IMG/VR virus record: IMGVR_UViG_3300042922_000600
Coordinates: 1-64,000 of that record
DNA: 64,000 bases
DNA from: a virus
Direction: 5' to 3' (one strand)
The number at the start of each line of letters is the position of its first letter. Positions within the stretch are counted from its first letter, which is position 1. The position numbers and the translations under genes are program-made. Below, one piece after another: positions 17,156 through 26,387 of the stretch. Under the pieces are notes generated by a model. It saw only the letters and a list, made by a program, of their open reading frames with translations. It did no database searches and was not told where the DNA came from.

Positions 17156-18781
17156 TTGAGTGGCATACAAAATGCAACAAGAAGCTTGATAAAAGCGTCA
17201 GTAATAGAAAATAAGTTATTGCCTGCAAATGCTCAAGTATCAGAGCCAGAAGATACATTTGACTACGGTGGAGGTGCATATACACCACCATATGATTTAT
17301 ATGCACTACTTAAATTCCCAGAGTACAGTAATATACTTGGGGAATGCATTGATGCGTATAAAAACAACATAACTGGATTTGGTTGGGAGATTGTGCCCGT
17401 AATAGATACAAATAGTACAAGCTATGACAAGAATCTGGAAGCGGTTGCTATACAGCAAAAAGAGGAAGCTGAATTACTTTTTCATTATGCCAACTATAAA
17501 GAAAGTTTTACGCAATTAACTAAAAAGATAGTTGACAATAGAGAAAGGAACGGTAATGCGTACCTGGAAGTAATTGAGAACGTGAATGGTGTTCCATGTG
17601 GGTTTGAGTTTGTAAACAATAGTAGTAAGGTTAGAATCCTTAAGCCAATCGATGCTGTGGACATATCAATGGAAGTCAAATATGGTGAAGGGCGTAAAAA
17701 GACCAAGAACATGACAATACCAGTCAGATTTCACCGTTATGCAATGAATGATGGGGGCAAGAGAATATTCTTCAAGGAGTATGGAGACCCACGTCCTATG
17801 AATAAGTATACGGGTGAGTATGGTAAAGACATTACTGAGGAACAGAAAGCAAGCTGTTTAATACATTTTAAGATAGAGTCAATTTATAATCACTATGGAG
17901 TACCTAGGTACATTGGAAAAGTTCCTAGTATTGTGGGCAGTAGAAAGTCCGAGGAGTTGAACATTTCCTTTTTTGACAATGGGAGAATTGTTCCAGCGGC
18001 TATATTGATAGAAAATGGTCAATTGACGCAGGAAGCACACGACGCCATTTCAGAACTGCATGGCAATGCAAAAGCATTTAGATTCCTATTGCTGGAAGCT
18101 GAATCTTTTCAGGAAGATGATTCAATTGTTGAGTCCGAAAATAAGAAACAGAGTAACGTTAAGATAGACGTAAAGCCATTGACAGAGCTCATACAGCAAG
18201 ACGGATTATTCCAGGACTATGACAAGAACAATAGAAATAAGATACGCTCCAGTTACAGGATACCACCAATCTACACAGGTGAATCCCAGGATTACAGTAA
18301 ATCTACTGCACAGACAGCCAGAGCAGTTGCAGAGGCACTTGTATTTGAGCCAGAGCGCCAAGAACTGTCCGAGCCATTTAATAGAATACTGAGAGACTTA
18401 GGGTACGACTTAGTTGAATTTAGATTCAAGTCCCCTAAATTGACTGACAAGTACGAACTAAGTAAGGCACTTGCACCATACGTAACCAGTGGAGTTGCTA
18501 CACCAAACACATTGGTTGAGGCTTTAAGTGACTTGTTGGGCAGGAAGATGAATGTAATCGAAGAGGAGTGGGGAGACTTACCATTATCCATGACAATTAA
18601 GAAAATGGAAATAGAGTCAATTGCGAACCGTATAGGTAGTGCAATTGTGGATGAGCCAGAGGAAGAGATAGAAGAGGGCGAAGTACAGAAGTCAAACAAC
18701 TTTAGCAAGCAAGAGGTAACTACAATCCTAAAAGAAGTTCTTTGCGAGATAAAGAAGGTGGCGGAGTATGAAGAAGACTAA
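17156..18781 (+). CDS. portal protein (PBSX XkdE-like)
   Basis: PPYDL..L, GNAYLEV, YGVPRY, FFDNGRIVP, Q.DGLF..Y..IRSSYRIPPIYTG. Confidence 0.88.
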   Translation: MSGIQNATRSLIKASVIENKLLPANAQVSEPEDTFDYGGGAYTPPYDLYALLKFPEYSNILGECIDAYKNNITGFGWEIVPVIDTNSTSYDKNLEAVAIQQKEEAELLFHYANYKESFTQLTKKIVDNRERNGNAYLEVIENVNGVPCGFEFVNNSSKVRILKPIDAVDISMEVKYGEGRKKTKNMTIPVRFHRYAMNDGGKRIFFKEYGDPRPMNKYTGEYGKDITEEQKASCLIHFKIESIYNHYGVPRYIGKVPSIVGSRKSEELNISFFDNGRIVPAAILIENGQLTQEAHDAISELHGNAKAFRFLLLEAESFQEDDSIVESENKKQSNVKIDVKPLTELIQQDGLFQDYDKNNRNKIRSSYRIPPIYTGESQDYSKSTAQTARAVAEALVFEPERQELSEPFNRILRDLGYDLVEFRFKSPKLTDKYELSKALAPYVTSGVATPNTLVEALSDLLGRKMNVIEEEWGDLPLSMTIKKMEIESIANRIGSAIVDEPEEEIEEGEVQKSNNFSKQEVTTILKEVLCEIKKVAEYEED

Positions 18782-19643
18782 GCTACTAAAAATGGCATCC
18801 ATTATAGAAACGGCGTTACTAAAAATGGAAACCACCGAGGAATGGATAAAGGGCATTGTAACCAACCCAGTATGGGCGGGCTTTGCTGTGAATGAGATAG
18901 ATGCTTTTATTGACATCATAAACACTCAATTGGGTAACCAAATGCAAGCGTACTCGGATAGGGTAAACAAGTATGTTCCTGTAGTTAAGGAGCTGGAAAT
19001 AGAAGTCACAAGCTATGAGGGGTTTGTCAGGGAATACATAACAAACGACTCCAACACATGGCAGGATGAACTACAGGGTCTATACTATAGTACAATGTTT
19101 CGACTTATGTCGGACACTGCGGAACTACTTATAAAAGAGATTGGGTTTGACATAGACCTAAACAAGTTTGATATACATATAAGTAATTTCTTGGAGACAA
19201 AGTCCATTAAGTGGGCACAGCAGGTAAATCAAACTACAGAAAAGGCAGTTAGGGAATTTTTAGTTAAGGGATATGAGGAAGGAAGGCATTTCACTGAAAT
19301 AGCACAAGAAATTAAGGATTTGCCAGCATTCAGTATAAACCGGGCCATAACAGTGGCGAGAACAGAAATACTTGGCGCCACAAACCATGTAGATTTTTAC
19401 TACAATGTGAACACTGGAATATATTATGCTAAGAAGTGGAGAACTTCCTTGGACGAGAGTGTAAGAAAGACTCACCAATTAGCAGAGGGTCAAGTGGTAT
19501 TAATAAATGAGGCATTTAACGTAGGTGGTTTTCAACTAATGTATCCGGGTGACACAGAGCATGGTGCACCAGCGGAAGAAATAATAAACTGCCGATGTGG
19601 ACTTGAGTACTTGACACAAGAGGAATATAATTCATTGGAGTAG
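18768..19643 (+). CDS. head morphogenesis protein (SPP1 gp7 / Mu F-like)
   Basis: RAITVARTE, KKWRT..D..VRKTH, YPGD...EEIINCRC. Confidence 0.88.
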   Translation: MKKTKLLKMASIIETALLKMETTEEWIKGIVTNPVWAGFAVNEIDAFIDIINTQLGNQMQAYSDRVNKYVPVVKELEIEVTSYEGFVREYITNDSNTWQDELQGLYYSTMFRLMSDTAELLIKEIGFDIDLNKFDIHISNFLETKSIKWAQQVNQTTEKAVREFLVKGYEEGRHFTEIAQEIKDLPAFSINRAITVARTEILGATNHVDFYYNVNTGIYYAKKWRTSLDESVRKTHQLAEGQVVLINEAFNVGGFQLMYPGDTEHGAPAEEIINCRCGLEYLTQEEYNSLE

Positions 19644-19646
19644 GAG

Positions 19647-20063
19647 GTGAAACTAATGGGAAAATTTAACAATACGGTAACAAGACTTGTAAAGAATGAC
19701 AGCAAGAGAATTATAAAGTGTCCAGTATATGTTCCACTGGAGGAAGATACACAGGGTGACTTTATGACATCCGAAGAAATAGAGAAAATGGCATATGGGT
19801 TTATGAAAAAGATGAACTTGCACAATGTGGATAAGCAACATGACTTTGACCCGGACGAGGGCTATGTATGTGAAAGCTACTTAGCACAGAAGGATGACCC
19901 GGATGGATTTGTGGAAGGTAGTTGGATTGTTGCCATAAAGGTAGAAAAAGAGGAAACTTGGGAACAGGTTGAAAATGAAGAAATAACGGGACTTAGTCTT
20001 GCTGGTTTTGCTCGTTCAGTAGAAGAGCATGAAATAATTCCAGATGTGGGAGGTGAGGATTAA
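19647..20063 (+). CDS. XkdF-like prohead protease, core part
   Basis: VYVP..D.QGDFMTSEEIEKMAYGF..VDKQH..ESY..GSW..WEQV...ITGLSLAG. Confidence 0.85.
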   Translation: MKLMGKFNNTVTRLVKNDSKRIIKCPVYVPLEEDTQGDFMTSEEIEKMAYGFMKKMNLHNVDKQHDFDPDEGYVCESYLAQKDDPDGFVEGSWIVAIKVEKEETWEQVENEEITGLSLAGFARSVEEHEIIPDVGGED

Positions 20064-21037
20064 TGCCAAGAGAACTTAAGGATGTTGAAGTTCAATATAT
20101 TAGCCTTGTAAATAAGGGAGCTAATAAACAGAAGTTAATGCTCTATAAGAGTGCTGACTACCAACCGGAGGATGCGAAGGTAGAGGAGCCAGTACAAAAG
20201 AGCAACGCAACACTATTGGAAAAGGTTATGAGTGCTGTTAAGGGAGTGCTTATTAAGGAAGATGATAAACCTTCCTTTAGAGTGTCCATGGAAAGGCAGA
20301 AGGCATGGGATAGCTTGTGGGACTCTTATAATGTAATGCGAGATGTAATGTATGACATACTTTGGTGGTCAAATTCAGATACACCCAAGGCTGACATAGA
20401 AAAAGAGTTGGATGAGTTCAAAAAGTACATTCTAGAAACTTTAGGTACAGTGGGTATCGAGAAGAGTGCAGAACTTGCTAAGGCGGACAAAGAAAAGGCA
20501 ATTAAAGTCCAGAAGACAGAAAGCCCCGTTAACGCTAAACTTCTAAAAGAGCTTGAGCAGGGGATAAGTAAACTTAACAATGTATTTTCAGAAATTAAAT
20601 CTGGAGATGTAATAAAGGAGGAGGACGAGATGAAAGCAGAAGATATTCAAAAAGCAATGGAACAAGTGTTAGCACCATTTGCACAGAGCATTGAATCACT
20701 AAAGTCAGATGTGTCTAAAGTGAGTGAAAAAGTAGGTGCATTGGAAAAAGGAACAGAGGATGCTGTACAGAAGGCAGAAGATGCTACTAAAACAGCGGGC
20801 GAGGTTACGGATAAAGTTGAAAAAACTGCAGAAGAAATAATTAAATCTGCACTTGAGCCAATTTCAACTACACTGGGCGAAATTTCAGAGGCGGTTAAGG
20901 GCGTTTCAGGTAGAGTTGAAAAATTGGAAAGTGTTAGAAAGTCTTCAAGTGTTAGTGGAGATGAACCAGCAGGTGGAAAAGAAGTTACAAAGTCTGCAGG
21001 AGTGTTTGACAATGCATTTGGATTCAGAGGCAAATAA
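20063..21037 (+). CDS. protease remainder (RELKDVEVQYISLVNKGAN) fused to coiled-coil scaffold
   Basis: N-terminus resembles the XkdF N-term / HK97-protease ISLV..AN strand; helical EK-rich C-term; possible internal start near 20630. Confidence 0.7.
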   Translation: MPRELKDVEVQYISLVNKGANKQKLMLYKSADYQPEDAKVEEPVQKSNATLLEKVMSAVKGVLIKEDDKPSFRVSMERQKAWDSLWDSYNVMRDVMYDILWWSNSDTPKADIEKELDEFKKYILETLGTVGIEKSAELAKADKEKAIKVQKTESPVNAKLLKELEQGISKLNNVFSEIKSGDVIKEEDEMKAEDIQKAMEQVLAPFAQSIESLKSDVSKVSEKVGALEKGTEDAVQKAEDATKTAGEVTDKVEKTAEEIIKSALEPISTTLGEISEAVKGVSGRVEKLESVRKSSSVSGDEPAGGKEVTKSAGVFDNAFGFRGK

Positions 21038-21056
21038 AAAAAAATCATAGTATAGA

Positions 21057-22046
21057 ATGGAGGATTTTATAATGACAAATAACGAAATTATTCAAAAAGC
21101 GGACTTAGTATTATCAGATCTCAAAAGCAACGGCGGTTACTTAGACGCACAGCAAGGGGAAAAATTCATTAGAATGGTGCAAGATGCCCCAACAATTATG
21201 AAGGACTGTCGTGTTGTTACATTTCCTGGGGACTCAATGAAAATTGAGAAGATTGGATTTGCTGACAGAATATTAAGAAAAGGTGTAGAGAATACTGCTT
21301 TGGATGCAAGCAAGAGAGCTAAGCCAACATCTGGAATGGTTCAATTGACAACAAAAGAAGTAATTGCGGAAGTTAGACTTTCTTATGACACTATTGAAGC
21401 CAACCTTGAGAAAGAAGGATTCAAGGACACTATTATGGCAATGATAGCAGAAAGAGCCGCTGTAGACTTGGAAGAGCTCATAATTAATGGTGACACAGCA
21501 CACGCAACTGATGACTATTTAGCACTTCTTAACGGCGTAATTAAGCAGGTTAAGGCTGGAAACTCATTGGACTGGAAAGCACAGCCAATTAGTGATTCTT
21601 TATGGGCAGAGACTTATTTAAAGGTTCCTGAGAAGTTCATAAGAGTTCCTGAGCAGTATAAATTCTATACTGACAGAACCACAGAGCTTAGATGGAGACA
21701 ATTAATTGCTCAAAGAAACACAGCAGTTGGTGATAGATACTTACTTGAGAACACTAACACTTCTGCTCTTGGTGTGCCAATACAGAGAGTATCATTAATG
21801 CCAAGCAACTTGTCTTACGACCCAGATGGTGAAGGTGCAGAAGCGGCAATCACTGGTCTTGGACAATCAATTTTGATACACCCTAAAAATATCATTACTG
21901 GTATTTCTAGAAAGATTCAGGTTGAGACTGACAAGGATATTACTGCAAGACAGTATATCATTGTGTTAACAATGAAGTTGGATGTAGCAATTGAGGAAAT
22001 TCAGGCTTCAGGTTATGTTTATAACATAAAGCCAGCATTAGCATAA
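21057..22046 (+). CDS. major capsid protein (XkdG-like, HK97 fold)
   Basis: KADLVLSDLKSNGGYL..FIRMVQ..DLEELIINGD; synteny; terminator follows; likely start 21072. Confidence 0.88.
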   Translation: MEDFIMTNNEIIQKADLVLSDLKSNGGYLDAQQGEKFIRMVQDAPTIMKDCRVVTFPGDSMKIEKIGFADRILRKGVENTALDASKRAKPTSGMVQLTTKEVIAEVRLSYDTIEANLEKEGFKDTIMAMIAERAAVDLEELIINGDTAHATDDYLALLNGVIKQVKAGNSLDWKAQPISDSLWAETYLKVPEKFIRVPEQYKFYTDRTTELRWRQLIAQRNTAVGDRYLLENTNTSALGVPIQRVSLMPSNLSYDPDGEGAEAAITGLGQSILIHPKNIITGISRKIQVETDKDITARQYIIVLTMKLDVAIEEIQASGYVYNIKPALA

Positions 22047-22063
22047 GAATAAAATTGGAGACT

Positions 22064-22091
22064 GTTTAGGAGGGAAATCCTCCTAAACTTT
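22064..22091 (+). terminator. Intrinsic terminator after capsid gene
   Basis: GTTTAGGAGG-GAAAT-CCTCCTAAAC-TTTT. Confidence 0.75.
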
Positions 22092-22119
22092 ACTCACATT
22101 TGGAAGGAGTTGTTTAGTA

Positions 22120-22611
22120 ATGCCAAAGATAATAAAATGGACAGGTTCATTAACCCACGAAATTGCTGGTGTAGTGAAGCTGGTAAAAAATGAAGAAGTG
22201 ACACTGAGTGATGACATAGTAAAACAATTACCGAAGGACGGGTACACTGTACTCCGTATTATAAAAGCTACGGAGCCCGAGGAAAAGGGCGACATGGGTA
22301 GAATTGAAGGGCAAGGAGCACCTCAAAACACAGCTATTGTGGAAGTAAAAAAGGAAGAGACTACTGCACCCGAAGATAACTTACCCGAAGATAAATTACC
22401 CGAAGATGAAGACCCAGAAAATAAGTTGCCGGAAGAGACAGACACGGATGTGGAACTAACAGAAAAACAGGAAGCTTATTATAAGGAAACTACATTACAG
22501 CAAATGATGAAACAGGCTGGCGAGAATGGTATTGATATTCCAGATTTTCTTAAAAAGAAGTCAGATGTATTTCAATTCCTTATAGACAACGGTTTTACTG
22601 TAGGTGAGTAA
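22120..22611 (+). CDS. acidic head-associated protein with PED repeats
   Basis: PEDNL PEDKL PEDED PENKL PEE from ~15-bp repeats; follows capsid gene. Confidence 0.65.
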   Translation: MPKIIKWTGSLTHEIAGVVKLVKNEEVTLSDDIVKQLPKDGYTVLRIIKATEPEEKGDMGRIEGQGAPQNTAIVEVKKEETTAPEDNLPEDKLPEDEDPENKLPEETDTDVELTEKQEAYYKETTLQQMMKQAGENGIDIPDFLKKKSDVFQFLIDNGFTVGE

Positions 22612-22612
22612 A

Positions 22613-22780
22613 ATGGCCCAGTCCAGGATGATGCTTACCAAGTTTGTAAGCTACCACGAATATCAAGAGATTGAGGAAATGGCGATTACTGCTAAAATAG
22701 TACTGCCTGTAGAAAAATTCCCTACCAAGCAGGAACTTGTCAAGTACCTACTGGACAATGGGTTTAAATTAGGAGGTTGA
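22613..22780 (+). CDS. 55-aa protein paralogous to the C-terminus of 22120-22611 (not in ORF track)
   Basis: KQELVKYLLDNGFKLGG vs KSDVFQFLIDNGFTVGE. Confidence 0.6.
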   Translation: MAQSRMMLTKFVSYHEYQEIEEMAITAKIVLPVEKFPTKQELVKYLLDNGFKLGG

Positions 22781-22784
22781 GGAT

Positions 22785-23135
22785 ATGGCATATTTAACAT
22801 TGACAGAAGCACGTTCTTTGACAAAGTTACCAAAGCCCAAAGTTCCAGACGATAAATTAGAGTTGTTATTGGAGGCCTCAACCATTATTATTGATGAGTA
22901 TGTGTTGAAGCCTTATGAAACGACAAATGCACTGATTAAACTTGTCTCGACGGAACTCATACTTTATTTGAGTAAGGATAAAACTTACCAAAGTGAACAA
23001 ATTGACGACTATTCCTACAAGTTGAACGAGAAAGCACTAGCCACAATTCTAGCCAAGTTAGACAAGGACAGAATTAAAAATGGCGGGGCACCCATAAACT
23101 ATGGCATTTCAAAAGTAAGAGGTGGGTATCTATGA
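22785..23135 (+). CDS. head-tail adaptor
   Basis: MAYLTL..., A..IID.Y, YQSEQIDDYSYKL; synteny. Confidence 0.75.
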   Translation: MAYLTLTEARSLTKLPKPKVPDDKLELLLEASTIIIDEYVLKPYETTNALIKLVSTELILYLSKDKTYQSEQIDDYSYKLNEKALATILAKLDKDRIKNGGAPINYGISKVRGGYL

Positions 23136-23413
23136 TTCATGAATTGTTTAATACAAGCATAACCATTATACCCACCACTCATACTGTAAGTAACCGTTCC
23201 GCTGTGTATAAACAATCACAGGAAGGTTCCATAAGGGGCATTCCAGCTCTTATAACAAGTGATGACGTAGGCTATATAACTATAGATGATGAAATTGCAA
23301 TTAAACGAGGTGACGTCATAACAAATGAGGCTACTGGTGCTCAGTTCACAGTTCAAGAAGTTTTTACCATGGGAGACGTGTATAAGCTTAAGCTGGAAGA
23401 TAAGAATGTATAG
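23132..23413 (+). CDS. putative head closure protein
   Basis: IKRGDVI...FTVQEV; synteny. Confidence 0.6.
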   Translation: MIHELFNTSITIIPTTHTVSNRSAVYKQSQEGSIRGIPALITSDDVGYITIDDEIAIKRGDVITNEATGAQFTVQEVFTMGDVYKLKLEDKNV

Positions 23414-23416
23414 GGG

Positions 23417-23938
23417 TTGGTACAAGTGGCGGATAGCTTTAGAATAATAATAGAGAATGAGCAGGCTGTAAAGTACTTAACTGGCAAAGAGGAAGGCACC
23501 AGGCGTCGTGTCACACAGATAATGAATCTTGTTACAAGGGACATAAAAGAGGATGCAAGGGAAATAATAAGAAGTACTGAGCATATTTGGCAGGGGCGTT
23601 TAATTAATAGTATACTCAATAGAGTAAGTACTTCGGGCGACCACATTGTGGGTGAAGTGTTTTCAGGTGTGGATTATGCAATTTATGTGCATGAGGGGAC
23701 ACGTAGGCACTATGTTCCATTCGTGGACAGGAATGGTATGGATAGGCTGGACCTAATATGGTGGGCAAGGTCACACGGATTGATAACAATGAAGGGTAAG
23801 CAGTTCATTAGCACTATAACCGGACAGCCAATTAGAGGTATAACAGTGGGCATTGAGGCTACTAAGTTCCTCGAGCAACCGTACCAAAAACACTTAAACA
23901 ACTTCGTAACACAAATTCAGAGAGCAGGTGCTGAGTAA
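23417..23938 (+). CDS. HK97 gp10-like tail completion protein
   Basis: GRLINSI..VDYAIYVHEGT...FLEQ. Confidence 0.75.
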   Translation: MVQVADSFRIIIENEQAVKYLTGKEEGTRRRVTQIMNLVTRDIKEDAREIIRSTEHIWQGRLINSILNRVSTSGDHIVGEVFSGVDYAIYVHEGTRRHYVPFVDRNGMDRLDLIWWARSHGLITMKGKQFISTITGQPIRGITVGIEATKFLEQPYQKHLNNFVTQIQRAGAE

Positions 23939-24445
23939 ATGAAGAATTTTTATTATACAACAGAAATTGCCGGGAAGATAAAGGAAGTGCTTGACACTGA
24001 ACTTCCATTGACTATAAAGAACATAAATATAGGCGGATTTAGACTACTTCCTGCACCAGAGGCAATAAAAGAATATCTACCCGCCGTATTTATAGAACCC
24101 ATAGAAATAGATACAGAATCCGCCAACGAAGTACTTGACATAGAGGCGGAACAATACCCATTCCAGATTCTTTATACCGCTCCATATTCGTATGAAATCC
24201 AGGAAGAAATGCTCCCAAAAATAAAGGAAGCCGAGCTTATAGCAAATGTACTTAGAGCGACACAAGTCCTAAGTACGTTTAGAATAGAACCTTCCGAGGC
24301 GGAGGCGGGTGGAATGGTAGTATATAGAAGAGTACGTGGAATTCGATTTGATAATATATCAACAGAGCTATTTGCACAGATTAAGGTACCTGCATGTGTT
24401 GTGCAAATTGACTTCGACATATTCTTCCGTACCTTTGCAGGCTAG
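23939..24445 (+). CDS. putative tail terminator
   Basis: LPAVFIEP; position before tail tube. Confidence 0.6.
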   Translation: MKNFYYTTEIAGKIKEVLDTELPLTIKNINIGGFRLLPAPEAIKEYLPAVFIEPIEIDTESANEVLDIEAEQYPFQILYTAPYSYEIQEEMLPKIKEAELIANVLRATQVLSTFRIEPSEAEAGGMVVYRRVRGIRFDNISTELFAQIKVPACVVQIDFDIFFRTFAG

Positions 24446-24456
24446 GAGGTGATTAA

Positions 24457-24693
24457 ATGAAAGAGGTATTATTTATTGGCTTAGGCCCACAGGGCAACTA
24501 TAGCCACAATGGCAATCAATATGTAAATGGAGACGTTATGGTATGCGAGGAAGCTGTAGCAGACGAACTCATAAATAACCATTTAGCAGTTGATATAAAT
24601 GATGGTAGCCTGGATGTTTCAAAGACTAGAGAGCAAATAAAGAAGGACGATGAAGCAAGACAGGCTATACTAATGAAGGGAGGTAAAAAATAA
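24457..24693 (+). CDS. small tail-region protein
   Basis: AGGAGG RBS; synteny. Confidence 0.6.
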   Translation: MKEVLFIGLGPQGNYSHNGNQYVNGDVMVCEEAVADELINNHLAVDINDGSLDVSKTREQIKKDDEARQAILMKGGKK

Positions 24694-25496
24694 TGGGACA
24701 AATTGATAAAATTACCATTGGAGTTGCAGACTTGTACTACACACCACCAGGAGGTGGCGTTGAGGTCTACTTAGGTTTAACCAAAGGTGGTGGAGAGTTC
24801 AATTATGAGGCTGACTGGCATGATATAAATGAGATTGACCAGTTTGGTACTACAATTGTTGACAGTATTTTAATTGGTGAGAAGGCGTCCTACAAGACAA
24901 ACGTTGTAGACACAAGCCTAGTCGCAATAAAGAGAGTTGCCCCAACTGCCAGCGATGCGGGTGGAAAAGCACTAACCTTTGGACAGCGTCCGGGACTTAG
25001 AATGCAACCATTGGCGGGAAGACTTAGAATACATCCTGTAAGTGCAGGATTCAATGATAAGTCTAGAGATGTTATAATCTACAAGGCGGGCAGTAAGACT
25101 AACTTGAATCTTCAATACAAATTGGATTCTGAGTGGGTCGTGCCTTGTGAGTGGGCGGCATACCCGGATGAGGAAAGACCATTGGGCGACCAATTATTTA
25201 GGATTGGGGATGAAAGTGTTGACCTGCCAGGACCAACAAAGAGATTAATTAATTTCTATTTAACACCAAGTAACCCTACGGTTGCGTCAGGACAGACACA
25301 GGCATTCAGTGCTAATGCTGTATATGAGGACGGCACAACCGATGATGTTACAGATGACTGTACATGGGCTTCCTCAAATGAGGCTACACTTACAATTAAT
25401 AGTGCCGGAAGTGCTGATGCAGTAGCGGCTGGCGTCGCGACGGTAACTGCAACCTATGGTGGTTATACAACTAGCACGACAGTAACCGTAAGCTAA
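24693..25496 (+). CDS. major tail tube protein with C-terminal Ig-like (Big_2) domain
   Basis: LGLTKGG tube motif; LTPSNPTVASGQTQAF..DVT..WASSN..ATVTATY. Confidence 0.85.
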   Translation: MGQIDKITIGVADLYYTPPGGGVEVYLGLTKGGGEFNYEADWHDINEIDQFGTTIVDSILIGEKASYKTNVVDTSLVAIKRVAPTASDAGGKALTFGQRPGLRMQPLAGRLRIHPVSAGFNDKSRDVIIYKAGSKTNLNLQYKLDSEWVVPCEWAAYPDEERPLGDQLFRIGDESVDLPGPTKRLINFYLTPSNPTVASGQTQAFSANAVYEDGTTDDVTDDCTWASSNEATLTINSAGSADAVAAGVATVTATYGGYTTSTTVTVS

Positions 25497-25515
25497 TAAG
25501 CAAAATTTACAAGTA

Positions 25516-25600
25516 GTATAAATATATTACCCCTTGTAGGAAAGGGCAGTAATGGCAGAATTAAGGGGTGTTCGTGCATGGAAACGGCACCCCCTTTGCT
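25516..25600 (+). promoter_or_regulatory. Bipartite dispersed motif plus terminator-like hairpin
   Basis: GTATAAATATATTACCC (25516) and GGCAGAATTAAGG (25554); GGGGTG...CACCCC-CTTT. Confidence 0.6.
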
Positions 25601-25638
25601 TTAATTAAACAATTATATACACTCTAGGAGGAGCACAC

Positions 25639-25998
25639 ATGAAAACAAAACAAGTGAAATTGGATGACATTGATGTAGAGCTTAAGGTACTCAAGTACGG
25701 AAAATTTAAGAAAGTAGTTTCTAAATTCTCTGGATTAGTCTTAGGGCTCTTTGCATTATTGGACACAGAGGATGACAGCAAACTAGCTGACGGGATAGTT
25801 GGGTACATAAGGGACAACATGGGACAAGTAGAGCAGGTTATATATGAGATGACAGACCTAACGGCAGAGACAATAGAAGAAATCTACATAACTGACTTTG
25901 TAGTAATATTTGAAGAACTCTTAAACCTATATGGGATTGACAAAGAGGTGGTAATGGGTTTTTTCAAGAACAACATACGTCAGAACCAAGCAATCTAG
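25639..25998 (+). CDS. tail assembly chaperone (gpG-like)
   Basis: Between tail tube and TMP; slippery G GGT TTT at 25956. Confidence 0.8.
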   Translation: MKTKQVKLDDIDVELKVLKYGKFKKVVSKFSGLVLGLFALLDTEDDSKLADGIVGYIRDNMGQVEQVIYEMTDLTAETIEEIYITDFVVIFEELLNLYGIDKEVVMGFFKNNIRQNQAI

Positions 25999-26375
25999 GG
26001 GCCACCGGCAAAGAAGGAAAGATTGATGTTCTGGGTATGTTTGCTACAGTAGAGGACACAATATATTATGAATACAAGTGGTCACCTTATCAGTTAGGGC
26101 AATGTGACATAGATGATATATTCAGGTACTTTAAATTGATAAAACGGAGAGCGGTTGCCGAAGTTTCCAGCAAGTTTATGGACTATTATACTTTATTGAA
26201 TATTGTTCATGCGGACAAACCAGAGGAACTTGCTTCCTCATTTAGGGACAAGTTTGAGGAACTGCAGACAGCAGACAAAAAGCCAAAGCGTCACAAGCTC
26301 ATGTATGATGGAGAGGCAGGCTTGGAGCAATTAGATATGTTGAAAAACAAGCGTCAACAAAAAGGATTACAGTAA
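25956..26375 (+). CDS. -1 frameshift extension of tail chaperone (gpGT-like)
   Basis: -1 frame from 25956 is open for 27 codons and in frame with ORF 26037-26375. Confidence 0.75.
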   Translation, partial: GFFQEQHTSEPSNLGATGKEGKIDVLGMFATVEDTIYYEYKWSPYQLGQCDIDDIFRYFKLIKRRAVAEVSSKFMDYYTLLNIVHADKPEELASSFRDKFEELQTADKKPKRHKLMYDGEAGLEQLDMLKNKRQQKGLQ

Positions 26376-26387
26376 GGAGGTGAACGT

